Shown: piece by piece, positions 46,501 to 55,575 of the stretch
Position numbering within the stretch: position 1 is the stretch's first letter
How the letters are laid out: each line of letters opens with the position of its first letter
Origin: Candidatus Peribacterales bacterium
GTDB lineage: Bacteria > Patescibacteriota > Gracilibacteria > Peribacterales > Peribacteraceae
Assembly: GCA_020058765.1 (NCBI GenBank)
Contig: JAGVDM010000001.1
Span: 84,963 to 148,962 of the forward strand
DNA length: 64,000 bases
Direction of reading: 5' to 3'
Made by a program: the position numbers and the translations under genes
The notes under the pieces: generated by a model
What the model was told of the DNA's origin: nothing
The model's database searches: none
What the model saw: only the letters and a program-made list of their open reading frames with translations

Positions 46501-49500
46501 ATCACTGTGTACAAGCGCACCTGGAACACCACGCGCAAAAAGGGCGTGGATGGCGCGTTCTACTACGACAATGAGCCAATGGATGAGCGTGTCGATACCA
46601 CATCTGTAAGCACGGAAGCCGACGGCAAAGCCACGGCGAAAGTGCGGATCCCTGCGGGTGGGCAATACCGCGTGCTCGCCGTAGTGAAAGACAGTGACGG
46701 TCGCGAAGCCAAAGCAGATACATCCATCTATGCGTGGTCAGACACGTACTTCAACTGGCCGCACAGCAACAGTAACCGCATGACAGTCACGGCGGATCAG
46801 CCCGAATACAAGGCAGGCGAAACAGCCACGCTCCTCGTGCAGTCGCCGTTCCAAGGCGAAGGCGTTTCCGCACTCGTTACCGTGGAACGCGAAGGAATCA
46901 TGTCGCGCATGGTGGTGCCGATTACCAGCTCCGCGCAGCCGATCACGATCCCTGTTACAGAGGAAATGATTCCGAATGCGTATGTCTCAGTTGTTGTAGT
47001 GAAGCCGCGCGTGGGTGAAACGTTCAATGAGTACGGACTGGACACAGGTGCTCCTGCCTTCCGCATTGGTTACGCAAAGCTCAAGGTAGAGAACGCATCG
47101 AAGGGTCTTACAATTACTATTGAGCCAAACAAACGGCGCTACCTGCCGGCTGAACCAGTAGAAGTTCGCCTACTTGCGCAGGATGCACAGGGCAATCCGG
47201 TGCAGGCGGAAATCTCCCTCGCAACGGTCGACATGAGCGTGCTGGCACTCACAGGATTCCGTGTGCCAAACTTGCTCGATCTCTTCTATGCAGATCGCGG
47301 CCTTGGCGTGCGCACGGCACAAAATTTGCTCTACATTCTGGAGCGATTCAAACCGGGTTCCAAAGGCGGTGGCGGTGGCGATTTGGAGGAACGCGCACGT
47401 GGAAACTTCAAAGATACAGCGTACTGGAATCCTTCCATCATCACGGGTGCGGATGGTCGTGCATCGGTGCAATTCACTCTGCCGGATAACCTCACTACGT
47501 GGCAGATTCTTGCGACGGGTCACACCAAAGACAGCCTTGTTGGCGCCTTTGCAACGGAGATTTTGGAAACCAAACAGGTGATTGTTCGGCCGGTGCGTCC
47601 GCGTTTTGCAGTACATGGCGACAAGGCAGAGCTTGCTGCCATTGTGCATAACGGCATGGAAGAAGCGGCAAGCTTCAATGTCATACTCGGTGGCACAGGG
47701 TTTGAAGTTGCAGATGCAGAACAAATGATCACGATCCCAGCGAATGGTCAGGCGAAGCTCGTGTTCCCCGTGACATTCGCAAGCAGCGGAGACAAGGCAT
47801 CGTTCATCTTCACAGCGCAGGGCGTGAACGCTCGTGATGAAATTCACGAGTCCATTCCGTTGGTGCCATTTGGCATTCCACATGCCGTTGCAACGTCGGG
47901 CTTCACCGATGGCGAGGGGGCAGAGGAAACGCTCTTTGTTCCCGTAAAAGAAGAGGTGACGGGAGTAGAAACCGAAGTAACGCTCTCGCCTACGCTCGCT
48001 ACGTATCTGCCCAAGGGCTTGGAATACTTGGTACAGTATCCGTACGGATGCGCAGAACAAACGGTGTCGAGCTTCTTGCCGAACATTGCTATGGCGGAGT
48101 TGCAGGGCTTCGATGCGTTCCAGGTCGTTTCTCAGGAAGACCTCGATGCCAAGGTCACTGCAGGGTTGCAGCGCCTTATCACCTTCCAGCGCAGTGACGG
48201 CGGATTTGGATACTGGGAAGGGTCGAGTGAGAGTCACACGTACCTCACGGCATACATTGTGCACGCATTGCATCTCACACGAAATGCGGGCTACACAGTG
48301 GATGCTGGCGTACTGCAGAACGCTCGCTCATATTTGAGCGATGCTCTGCGCCGTCACCGTATGGAGAGTGATATTGATCTCTCTGAGCGCGCATACATTC
48401 TCTACGTGCTGGGCGAAACAGGCGCACCGGATCAGGCACTCCTGAGCAATCTGTATGGTCAGCGGGACAAGCTCAGCACATTCTCCAAGGCGTACCTCGC
48501 CATGGCGCTTGATCGCATTGGCGATGAGCGTCGCGCGCTGAGCGTGCTCAACGAAATACTCGCTACGGCGAGTGTGAATCCACGCGGTGTGCAGTTCGAA
48601 GAAAAGAACGGATGGCAGTATCGCCGGTTCATGAGCACGGATCAGCGTACGACAGCTCTCGTACTGCAGGCGATGCTCCGCATTGATCCGCAGAACACAC
48701 TTGTGGCGAACGTCGTTCGCGGCATGCTGGCTATGCGCCAAGGTGGTCACTGGGACACCACGCAATCCACCACAGCAAGCATCTTCAGCTTAGTGGAGTT
48801 CCTGGAGCAAACAGGAGAGCTGGATGGAGACTTTACCGCAACGCTTTCCGTAGATGGCACCGCAGTTGCGGAGGCGACGTTCGATGCAACAAACATCCTT
48901 TCACGCCAAACCAAAGTGGTGCCTGCCAGTGCAATGACCTACGGCCAAATGAATCCGCTGCAGGTGGCCAAAGAGGGTGCGGGACGGCTCTACTACGATG
49001 TACTGCTCACCTACTTCTGGAAGACACAACGCATTGATCCAATGGAAGCGGGCATGAGCGTGATGCGAGAAATCACGCCCGTACCTGGCTCCGTTGAGCG
49101 CCCAACGGTTGGCTCCACCTACAAAGTGAAGGTGACCATTACTGTGCCCGAGGAGCGCCACTTTGTTGCGGTGGAAAGCCCGCACCCTGCAGGTATGGAA
49201 GGCGTGGACTTTGCACTCCAAACCACGCAGCAACACCTGCAGGAGGAAATACAAAACGAAGAGCGCAGCGAATGGGGTTGGTGGTGGGATTCCAGCTGGT
49301 ACTTCAGCCACAAGGAATTCCGCGACGATCAGGTATTCCTGTTCGCCGATCACCTGCCTGCCGGTGTGTACAACTACGAATACCTTGTACGCGCTACTCT
49401 GCCTGGCACATTCCGTTGGCGTCCTGCACGCGCGTACGAAATGTACTTCCCGGAAGTGTTCGGCAATACCGCAGGCGGCGTCGTGCAAATTCACGATGCA

Positions 49501-49512
49501 CCACAGTCGTAA
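43501..49512 (+). CDS. Bacterial alpha-2-macroglobulin with N-terminal Ig-like repeats
   Basis: TDRPIYRTG, LPDNLTTW, thioester YPYGCAEQ, QRSDGGFGYW, RATLPG..PARAYEMYFPE; N-terminal TM; start moved to ATG 43501. Confidence 0.95.
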   Translation: MPTFPTVIKSPVVLAGIVVAAALAVSVGLWQLLAPSQSPQQAALFQPSAQYQRIGEGTPLAMQFTVPMRQESVEQHLTIEPTVEGSVEWTDDRTVTFRPAAPLAMSGTYTVTVAPLAQRKDGAVLGASMTTKFLVAGAPRVSQSIPPPESQNVSPMQPVTIIFDRPMAALTTLTEQGNQFADWPVTITPPVAGTWKWLSTTTAEFTPADDFAPGTSYRVQVPAGISTVRGERTTEEFMWNFTTSRPAVETSEPPDGFEGSGPETEIVLHFNQEIDLQSVLAHTRLLLSVQGRRLHDDELGAAREANPSADIAVPVAFKAVYGQREEDSGTVTDTSSVVLIPTAPLAFDSWYTVIVDDGVMSPGGTLGSEAPFTMQFRTAGAMRMNAVRQEYGSLVFDFSNPYDAKTVKNAITIAPKPADWDDLTVEENFWDSTSLYLYPTLDPSTEYTINVTAALKDSFGQALQNPGEKFTFTTSAIEPRVFIHSNGDFGVFERDLPPVHYINAVNVDHIDVAFAQLSLEEFLQMQRQKYADWSFAPALQDHAMHRAWKFPVTTPKNEWQVVTLDLEKELGQSLPSGIYALTATAPEYHQYYEARQKIEVNYFTISSTSLTLKYSGNQALVWAVDMKTGAPIADAEITLHDLNGQAVVSGRTDSEGFFQTEINAAAFAVDGNTWNPEIWVTARTATDFAFVGSSWNSGMYPSDFGMSENWQPEGGKNEMYSHLYTDRPIYRTGDTVHFKGIVRLKDDRGVLSAPAQGRSIRVRIDDAEGNTVFSQTLPISAFGSFNGSMPIDTKAGLGTYWMNAEFEDSSDLVYNWASASFEVLAYRKPEFRVDVNFDTEEAFGGGTIGATIEGAYYFGMPMDDATVQWRAMTTDYYFNRYTDGWYSFSLEDSWCWYDCERESEPLADGEGTLDDTGKFHVKIPVDLTEEALSQVLSLDVDITDASNQVVSTRASIPVHKADVYVGIRPEDYVVQPGEEASVGLVTVMPDGTPKPNQRVEITVYKRTWNTTRKKGVDGAFYYDNEPMDERVDTTSVSTEADGKATAKVRIPAGGQYRVLAVVKDSDGREAKADTSIYAWSDTYFNWPHSNSNRMTVTADQPEYKAGETATLLVQSPFQGEGVSALVTVEREGIMSRMVVPITSSAQPITIPVTEEMIPNAYVSVVVVKPRVGETFNEYGLDTGAPAFRIGYAKLKVENASKGLTITIEPNKRRYLPAEPVEVRLLAQDAQGNPVQAEISLATVDMSVLALTGFRVPNLLDLFYADRGLGVRTAQNLLYILERFKPGSKGGGGGDLEERARGNFKDTAYWNPSIITGADGRASVQFTLPDNLTTWQILATGHTKDSLVGAFATEILETKQVIVRPVRPRFAVHGDKAELAAIVHNGMEEAASFNVILGGTGFEVADAEQMITIPANGQAKLVFPVTFASSGDKASFIFTAQGVNARDEIHESIPLVPFGIPHAVATSGFTDGEGAEETLFVPVKEEVTGVETEVTLSPTLATYLPKGLEYLVQYPYGCAEQTVSSFLPNIAMAELQGFDAFQVVSQEDLDAKVTAGLQRLITFQRSDGGFGYWEGSSESHTYLTAYIVHALHLTRNAGYTVDAGVLQNARSYLSDALRRHRMESDIDLSERAYILYVLGETGAPDQALLSNLYGQRDKLSTFSKAYLAMALDRIGDERRALSVLNEILATASVNPRGVQFEEKNGWQYRRFMSTDQRTTALVLQAMLRIDPQNTLVANVVRGMLAMRQGGHWDTTQSTTASIFSLVEFLEQTGELDGDFTATLSVDGTAVAEATFDATNILSRQTKVVPASAMTYGQMNPLQVAKEGAGRLYYDVLLTYFWKTQRIDPMEAGMSVMREITPVPGSVERPTVGSTYKVKVTITVPEERHFVAVESPHPAGMEGVDFALQTTQQHLQEEIQNEERSEWGWWWDSSWYFSHKEFRDDQVFLFADHLPAGVYNYEYLVRATLPGTFRWRPARAYEMYFPEVFGNTAGGVVQIHDAPQS

Positions 49513-49515
49513 CGC

Positions 49516-51912
49516 ATGTTGTTCTTCCACCATCGCACGGCACACGTCGACCGCCGCCAGCGAATCCTGATCGCGGCGGGGGTCGTGTGCGTGCTTGTCA
49601 TCGGCTTCGCACTGCTGCCATTACCCGGCGCAATTTGGCGGCCCCCTCTGCAGACTCCGATTACGGTTACCGATCGCGAAGGTCGCTTGCTCTTCTCCGC
49701 GCGCCAAACAAACTTCGGCGCGCAGGCGCCGATTGCATTCGAGGAGATTCCCACGCACATCCGAGACGGCCTCGTCGCGATGGAAGATCGTGGATTCTAT
49801 GGGCACCCTGGTGTGAGCATCCGCGGCGTCGCACGCGCATCCCAACAGAACCTTCGTTCCGGCAGAGTCATCTCTGGTGGATCTACACTCACGCAGCAAC
49901 TCGTGCGCATCCGCCTCAACCCCAAGCGAAGAAGTGTGTCGTACAAACTGCGTGAAATGTATCTCGCGCTCAAGGTCGATGCGCTGTTTTCGAAGGAAGA
50001 AATCCTCGAGCAATATCTCAATTCCGTGTATTTCGGCCACCAGGCCTATGGGCTGCGCAGTGCCGCGCAGACGTACTTCGGCAAGGAGCCAGGGGAGCTG
50101 TCCATTGCCGAATCCGCATTACTCATTGGCGTCGTGCAGTCACCTGTTTCCCTCGATCCATTCAAGAACCGCGCAGGGGCAATTGCTCGTCGCGATCGCG
50201 TGCTCAATGCATGGGTGGAGACAGGCGTCATTACCGCCGAAGATGCCGAGCAAGCACGAAACGAATCCCTGCGGCTTGCTCCTGATCGCGTAGACATCCT
50301 CGCGCCGCACTTCGTGTTCTGGGCACTTGAGCAGGCAGGTGAAGATGTTGCGCCAGGCGCAGAACTGCGCACCACGCTCGACCTGACATTGCAGCAAGAA
50401 ATTGAAAGGATCGTTGATCATCGTCTGCTGGAGCTTGCAGAGAAGAACGCCACGTCCGCAGCAGTGGTGGTGCTGGATGCGAAGAACGGAGACATCCTCA
50501 CGATGATTGGTTCTGCCGATTACTTCGATGCACTTCACGACGGCGCAGTGAATGTTGCGATTGCTGCGCGTCAGCCGGGTTCCGCGCTCAAGCCGTTCAC
50601 ATACGCGCTCGCGCTCGCTGGTGGAGATACAGCTGCAACTACAGTGGCCGATACTGAAGTGCAGCTGCTGACGGAGGAAGGGAACCCCTACACACCTCGT
50701 AACTACGATTACGATCTGCACGGCTTGGTGCGCTACCGCGAGGCACTCGCGAATTCCTATAACATCGCTGCAGTAAAGGTGCTCGAGAAAGTCGGCGTGC
50801 AGCGGTTCATGGAATTCTTGCGTCGTGCCGGTATCACTACCCTCACGCGTGATCCCGAGTTCTACGGTCTTGCACTCACCCTCGGCAGCGGCGAAGTCCG
50901 CCTGCTTGAGCTTGCCGAAGCCTACGGCATTTTTCCGCGTGGTGGCGTCACACTCCACACACGCACATTTCTCGATGAACCTGTAGTACCTGGCGATACT
51001 ATTCTCGATCCCCGCGTGGCATGGATTATCAGTAATATTTTGAGCGACGCATCTGCACGTTTGCCGGAATTCGGAGAAGGCACGCCGCTTTCTGTGCCGC
51101 CACACCGGGTGGCTGCCAAGACTGGCACCACGCGCAACGCACGCGACAACTGGGTGGTGGGGTACACGTCGGATCGTATTGTGGGCGTGTGGGTGGGCAA
51201 TGCAGACAACACACCCATGAAGGGCACGTCTGGTGTTACGGGCGCTGGGCCGATCTTTCGTGATGCTATGGCGGCTGCACTGCGTGGTATGCCGCCTGCG
51301 GATTTCCCTCGCCCCGCAGGTATGAGCACCATCGCAATCTGCCCCCTCTCCGGCAAGCTCCCCACCAGTGAGTGCTCTCGTACCATGCAGGAAGTATTTG
51401 TTGCGGGTACCGAACCCACGGAGCCAGATGACATCTACCGTCGTGTGCCGATTGATCGGCGCAACGGCCTGCTGGCCAATGCGAGCTGCCCCGAAGAGTT
51501 TGTAGAACAGCGCACGTTCACACTCTTCCCTGCGGATGTTCGCTCATGGGCGAGGGAGAACGGCTTCCGCGAACCGCCTGTGCAGGTGTCACCATTATGT
51601 GGCGGTGTCGCAGAGGGGCTGCCCGACGTAGCACGCGATACACTCCACATCACACAACCGCAGCCGGGGGACAGCTACTTGCTCGATCCACTCATTCCAG
51701 ATGAGAACGAGCAGATCACGCTGGAAGCTAGAGCAGGCACGGCAATACACACTGTTGAGTGGCTTGTGGACGACGTTTTGGTTGGTACTGGCACAGCCCC
51801 CGACTTCCGTATTCGTTGGCGGCCGATCGCTGGTGTGCACCGCATTGTTGCGCGCACAGTCGATCAAGCCGCCTCTGTGCAGATTCTCGTGGAAAACGGA
51901 GTATCTCGATGA
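49516..51912 (+). CDS. pbpC: Penicillin-binding protein 1C
   Basis: EDRGFYGHPG and GGSTLTQQ (transglycosylase); SALK, SYN, KTG (transpeptidase); C-terminal PBP1C-type domain; 3 bp after A2M. Confidence 0.9.
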   Translation: MLFFHHRTAHVDRRQRILIAAGVVCVLVIGFALLPLPGAIWRPPLQTPITVTDREGRLLFSARQTNFGAQAPIAFEEIPTHIRDGLVAMEDRGFYGHPGVSIRGVARASQQNLRSGRVISGGSTLTQQLVRIRLNPKRRSVSYKLREMYLALKVDALFSKEEILEQYLNSVYFGHQAYGLRSAAQTYFGKEPGELSIAESALLIGVVQSPVSLDPFKNRAGAIARRDRVLNAWVETGVITAEDAEQARNESLRLAPDRVDILAPHFVFWALEQAGEDVAPGAELRTTLDLTLQQEIERIVDHRLLELAEKNATSAAVVVLDAKNGDILTMIGSADYFDALHDGAVNVAIAARQPGSALKPFTYALALAGGDTAATTVADTEVQLLTEEGNPYTPRNYDYDLHGLVRYREALANSYNIAAVKVLEKVGVQRFMEFLRRAGITTLTRDPEFYGLALTLGSGEVRLLELAEAYGIFPRGGVTLHTRTFLDEPVVPGDTILDPRVAWIISNILSDASARLPEFGEGTPLSVPPHRVAAKTGTTRNARDNWVVGYTSDRIVGVWVGNADNTPMKGTSGVTGAGPIFRDAMAAALRGMPPADFPRPAGMSTIAICPLSGKLPTSECSRTMQEVFVAGTEPTEPDDIYRRVPIDRRNGLLANASCPEEFVEQRTFTLFPADVRSWARENGFREPPVQVSPLCGGVAEGLPDVARDTLHITQPQPGDSYLLDPLIPDENEQITLEARAGTAIHTVEWLVDDVLVGTGTAPDFRIRWRPIAGVHRIVARTVDQAASVQILVENGVSR

Positions 51913-52015
51913 TCTCGAAATGCTCTCCAAATAAAGCAAATCCTTGGTTGCAGGGGGAACGGTGACCATATACTCTTTCCCTCCACTTTTGAGCCTGTAC
52001 TCTGCCCGGACTTCC

Positions 52016-54151
52016 ATGACTCTCTCCAACCGAGATCTGGCCGCGTCCCCCGCTCTAGAGCAGGAAATAGGCAGTGCCCAGACCAACGGAGTAGTCGTTC
52101 CCGAGAACGGGAACGGCGATCATGGTATCGCGGAAATTCCCGAGATTGCCTACGTGCAGGAGGAGTTTGGCGCGTGGCTCAAGTACTTACTTGAACGTAA
52201 TGGTATCGAGATTGATGCGGCTCAAAGCCGCGCGATCGATATCGTTGTGGCACAGTTCGCAGACCGCTGTTACAAGTTGCTCGATGAGCAGCTGTTCCCC
52301 AACGCGATCAATCGATATGCCGAGCGCGATTTGAAGGAATTCTACGTTTCGAAAATTCGGGAACAGCTTACGAGCGATAAGGCATCCGCAGCGGTGATCC
52401 TCGATCAGGCGATCTACCATATGGTGCGCCAGGAACTCGGCAAGGATCACCCGAATCAAATTGTGGAATTAAGTATGGGGCGGCCGCATGCGAACCTCTA
52501 CACGTCCGCTGCCGGGGGAAAGGTGTCACGCGTTGGCTATCCTTCACTGGAGGAGCAGGTGCGTCAGATCAAGGAGCAGATCGGCGATCGTAAAGCGTTC
52601 TTGGTGGACGATACAACCGTAGAAGGAGGGACTTTCAATACCGCAACAGAGCTGTTAAAGCAGGGAGGAATACAGATGGCAGATCTAGAGAAGCATTTGG
52701 TGTACTTCCTTACTCTCCGTGAGGAAACAGGAATGAAGCGCAAATCGCCGCCATATACGAGGAGCGTCAAAATGACGAATTCGCGAGGCTCGATTGAGCT
52801 ACGCGAGTGTTCCGTGTTCGGCGGTGCCCAAGAAGCCACATCTGCGGACAATTCCCGCGCGGTGGTCATTCCGGCGTTTCCCCCCTTCAGCGACGGCACG
52901 GCATTGCGCATGGCGAAAAATGGCGTGAGCATTCTCAATATTGCCGAGGCCGCAAGCGAATTAAATCAGCTCAACAAGGAATTTGCGGAAGACCTCGGGG
53001 GTATCCTTGGGAAGGGGCCAAAAGGCATCACACTCGGTACGTTCAACCTCGTACCTGCCGATCCCGCGGAGCAGCGTGAATCTGCTCCGAATGATCCAAC
53101 AGAGATGATCGGACAAGGTCGGGCGTTCATGCGTCATGCTATGGCGAAGATCCTAGGGAAGGAGCTCCCTGCGAATGAGTCGCTGGAAAAATATCTTGCA
53201 AGCGTACCTCTCGTTGATTATCTGCAGATTGCCAAGGAACACACCGAGAGGCAGCCGAAACCAGCAATCAACACGGTCTGCGTGGATACCGACGGTACCA
53301 TCGCAGAGATGATGCCGGTGGATCCGGAGCTGCGGGAGATCGGTGGACCAATGCTCTTCCGGGAGACGCAGCTTGGATTCCATGTATATCAACGCGCAGC
53401 ACGCGGTGTCCGCAAGTTACTGCGAACGAACCAACTCGCCACCGTGAGCAAGCTCGGCTCCGAGAATATCGAGCAAGTGTTGCAGCTCTTCTACCGGTGG
53501 AAGCTCGATGCGGAGGCGGAGCAGCAATACGGCGAAGAAGCCAAGGAGCGCATCCGCCAGATCTTTATTGAGGGCTACGGCAAAGGTAGAGGGCTCGTGG
53601 AAGCCGAGCGCTTCATCGACAGCATGCCCACGCGCTACCACGCGATTCGTCACATGACGTGGGATCTGCCACTCGATGAAATTTACACCAAGAATGCCGA
53701 AGCGCAGCAGTTCGCTATGAACGTGCAGCGCCGCGGTGGCAAGCTCGTGTTTGTTACTGCATCACCGCGCATCCACGCCGTGAAGCTCCTCACGTCGCTC
53801 GGCATCATGCAGAATCCCGGCCCAGACCATTTCGAGCTCTATACGGTGGAAGATCTGTACGATCCGGAGACCGTCCCGCGCCGCCGAAATCCGCATCCCA
53901 ACCAGATGTTCGTAGAGCGGGAGAAGAGCGTGATCTTGCAGCAGCTCCACGAGAACACCGGCGTGGAAAAGGGAAAGATCGCCATGGGGGGCGATGTATA
54001 CCGCACCGAAGTGCAGCCAGCGCTCTTCAACGGGTTCCCAGCACGCATCGTGCGCAATCCTGCCCAGCTCAAACAGTACGCGATGGGTATTCAGCTCCCC
54101 GGCGACGACGCCATCAAGCAGGAAGATCTGTATCACGAATTCCAACAGTAA
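52016..54151 (+). CDS. Type I PRTase-like domain fused to a HAD-superfamily phosphatase domain
   Basis: PRPP-binding loop FLVDDTTVEGGT; HAD motifs DTDGT, VFVTAS, K (REKS), MGGD; TATACT at 51969-51974 upstream. Confidence 0.7.
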   Translation: MTLSNRDLAASPALEQEIGSAQTNGVVVPENGNGDHGIAEIPEIAYVQEEFGAWLKYLLERNGIEIDAAQSRAIDIVVAQFADRCYKLLDEQLFPNAINRYAERDLKEFYVSKIREQLTSDKASAAVILDQAIYHMVRQELGKDHPNQIVELSMGRPHANLYTSAAGGKVSRVGYPSLEEQVRQIKEQIGDRKAFLVDDTTVEGGTFNTATELLKQGGIQMADLEKHLVYFLTLREETGMKRKSPPYTRSVKMTNSRGSIELRECSVFGGAQEATSADNSRAVVIPAFPPFSDGTALRMAKNGVSILNIAEAASELNQLNKEFAEDLGGILGKGPKGITLGTFNLVPADPAEQRESAPNDPTEMIGQGRAFMRHAMAKILGKELPANESLEKYLASVPLVDYLQIAKEHTERQPKPAINTVCVDTDGTIAEMMPVDPELREIGGPMLFRETQLGFHVYQRAARGVRKLLRTNQLATVSKLGSENIEQVLQLFYRWKLDAEAEQQYGEEAKERIRQIFIEGYGKGRGLVEAERFIDSMPTRYHAIRHMTWDLPLDEIYTKNAEAQQFAMNVQRRGGKLVFVTASPRIHAVKLLTSLGIMQNPGPDHFELYTVEDLYDPETVPRRRNPHPNQMFVEREKSVILQQLHENTGVEKGKIAMGGDVYRTEVQPALFNGFPARIVRNPAQLKQYAMGIQLPGDDAIKQEDLYHEFQQ

Positions 54152-54154
54152 CCC

Positions 54155-55444
54155 ATGTCCGGCATACGAGCCGCACACCTGCTGGCAGATCTCGCACCGC
54201 ATCTGCAACGGCTTGCGGAGCAGATGCAGGTGCAGCCGGAGCTTGCGCCAGACATTCGGCGTATTGCCGATATGCACGCAGCTCGATTGTTTGCGTTACT
54301 AAAAACAGATGTATTCACACATCGCGTGCAATTCCATTCGCAGCACGATGGAGAGCAGTTTGATCCAGCCGCGCATACAGATGCGCTTGCGATCGTGCCG
54401 CAGCATCACCTCACGTTCCTTGCGCAGCAAGAGCAGCCAATACAGCAGCGCACACAAGATGTTCTCCGCTTACACGGTCGATTGGATGCTGGGGAAATTA
54501 CTGCATCCGTTGCTGCGATCGAGCAGCAATTCATTGCCGACTGTGAGGTCGTGCTCGGTCGCCTACATGTTCCACATACCGATCCTGAGCATGGAACACT
54601 GCCACAGAAGACGGTTGTTGCGAGCGATATGGATGGTGTTCTTGCCGTGCTGCGTATGCAGAATCCCGAACACAAAGGACCGGTGCAATTCCGCGATACC
54701 CGCCTCGGCTCTGCGGTGCAGCGCAATGCAGAAGCGTTTGAAGAAGAAGTACGTGCTCGTGCAGGCGGTCTTGCTGCTCCAAACGACCACGATACAGAAA
54801 GGGGATTGCTGCCCTACTTCGTGCAGAAATACGGTTCGGTGATGGAGGAGGGGTGGGGAGAGGAATCGCAGCAACGTATTCGTCAGATCTTCCTCGAGAG
54901 TTATCCTGCTTCTCGAAGAGAAGAGGCTCTGCAGGCAGCGGAGCAGCATATTGCCGGTATGCCACTTGCGTATCATGTCTTCCGTCATAAAACATGGGAT
55001 CACAATGTTGCTGATGTGTACGACATGGATCAACAAGCGGCAGATTTTGCTATCCAGGTTATTGAGCGAGGCGGAACACTGCTCTTTGTGACTGCGGCAC
55101 CACGCATTCATGCTCTAAAAATGCTCAAAGCATCCGGCGTCATGGATGCAGTTGGCCCCGAAGGTTTCGAGTTGTATACCATGGAAGACATGTACGAACC
55201 CGGTACGGTAGAAAACCGCACTTTCGCCGAAGGCGACAAGGGTACACTCCTAGCCAATTGGGCTCAGCAGCGGGGTATCCCCAAAGACCAAATCGCTATG
55301 GGCGGTGATCAGTATCACAGCGATGTGGCACCGGTGGTGGCACAAGGCATCCAGTCTCGTGTTGTGAGCGGACCCGCAGGGTTGAATCGATACCTCGCAA
55401 GCATACGTCTGCCGCGCGATGAGGCTTCAGGAGCCCAGGAATAG
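54155..55444 (+). CDS. HAD-superfamily phosphatase, paralogue of the upstream gene's C-terminal domain
   Basis: DMDGV, LFVTAA, K (GDKG), GDQYHSD; long blocks shared with 52016-54151. Confidence 0.75.
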   Translation: MSGIRAAHLLADLAPHLQRLAEQMQVQPELAPDIRRIADMHAARLFALLKTDVFTHRVQFHSQHDGEQFDPAAHTDALAIVPQHHLTFLAQQEQPIQQRTQDVLRLHGRLDAGEITASVAAIEQQFIADCEVVLGRLHVPHTDPEHGTLPQKTVVASDMDGVLAVLRMQNPEHKGPVQFRDTRLGSAVQRNAEAFEEEVRARAGGLAAPNDHDTERGLLPYFVQKYGSVMEEGWGEESQQRIRQIFLESYPASRREEALQAAEQHIAGMPLAYHVFRHKTWDHNVADVYDMDQQAADFAIQVIERGGTLLFVTAAPRIHALKMLKASGVMDAVGPEGFELYTMEDMYEPGTVENRTFAEGDKGTLLANWAQQRGIPKDQIAMGGDQYHSDVAPVVAQGIQSRVVSGPAGLNRYLASIRLPRDEASGAQE

Positions 55445-55495
55445 CCGCCCCCAGAGTGGTGTACCTGTCTTTGCGGTTAAATCCCCTCCCATACG

Positions 55496-55555
55496 TTGTT
55501 CTTGGGTCTCCTTCTCATTACAATCCGTTCTAGAGGGTCCGGTTCTACGGACTCT
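55496..55555 (+). promoter_or_regulatory. Internal promoter and leader hairpin before the nucleoside hydrolase
   Basis: TTGTTC, 17 bp, TACAAT (55519-55524); AGGGTCCG/CGGACTCT stem at 55534-55555. Confidence 0.45.
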
Positions 55556-55575
55556 GCTCTCCGTTACTCGCATAT

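Noticed and set aside
41247-48273. Long antisense ORFs (e.g. 41247-42476, 45424-46665, 47170-48273; also 3405-4541, 18204-19265, 34171-35199)
   Set aside because: Shadow frames of well-supported genes in moderately GC-rich DNA; no motifs
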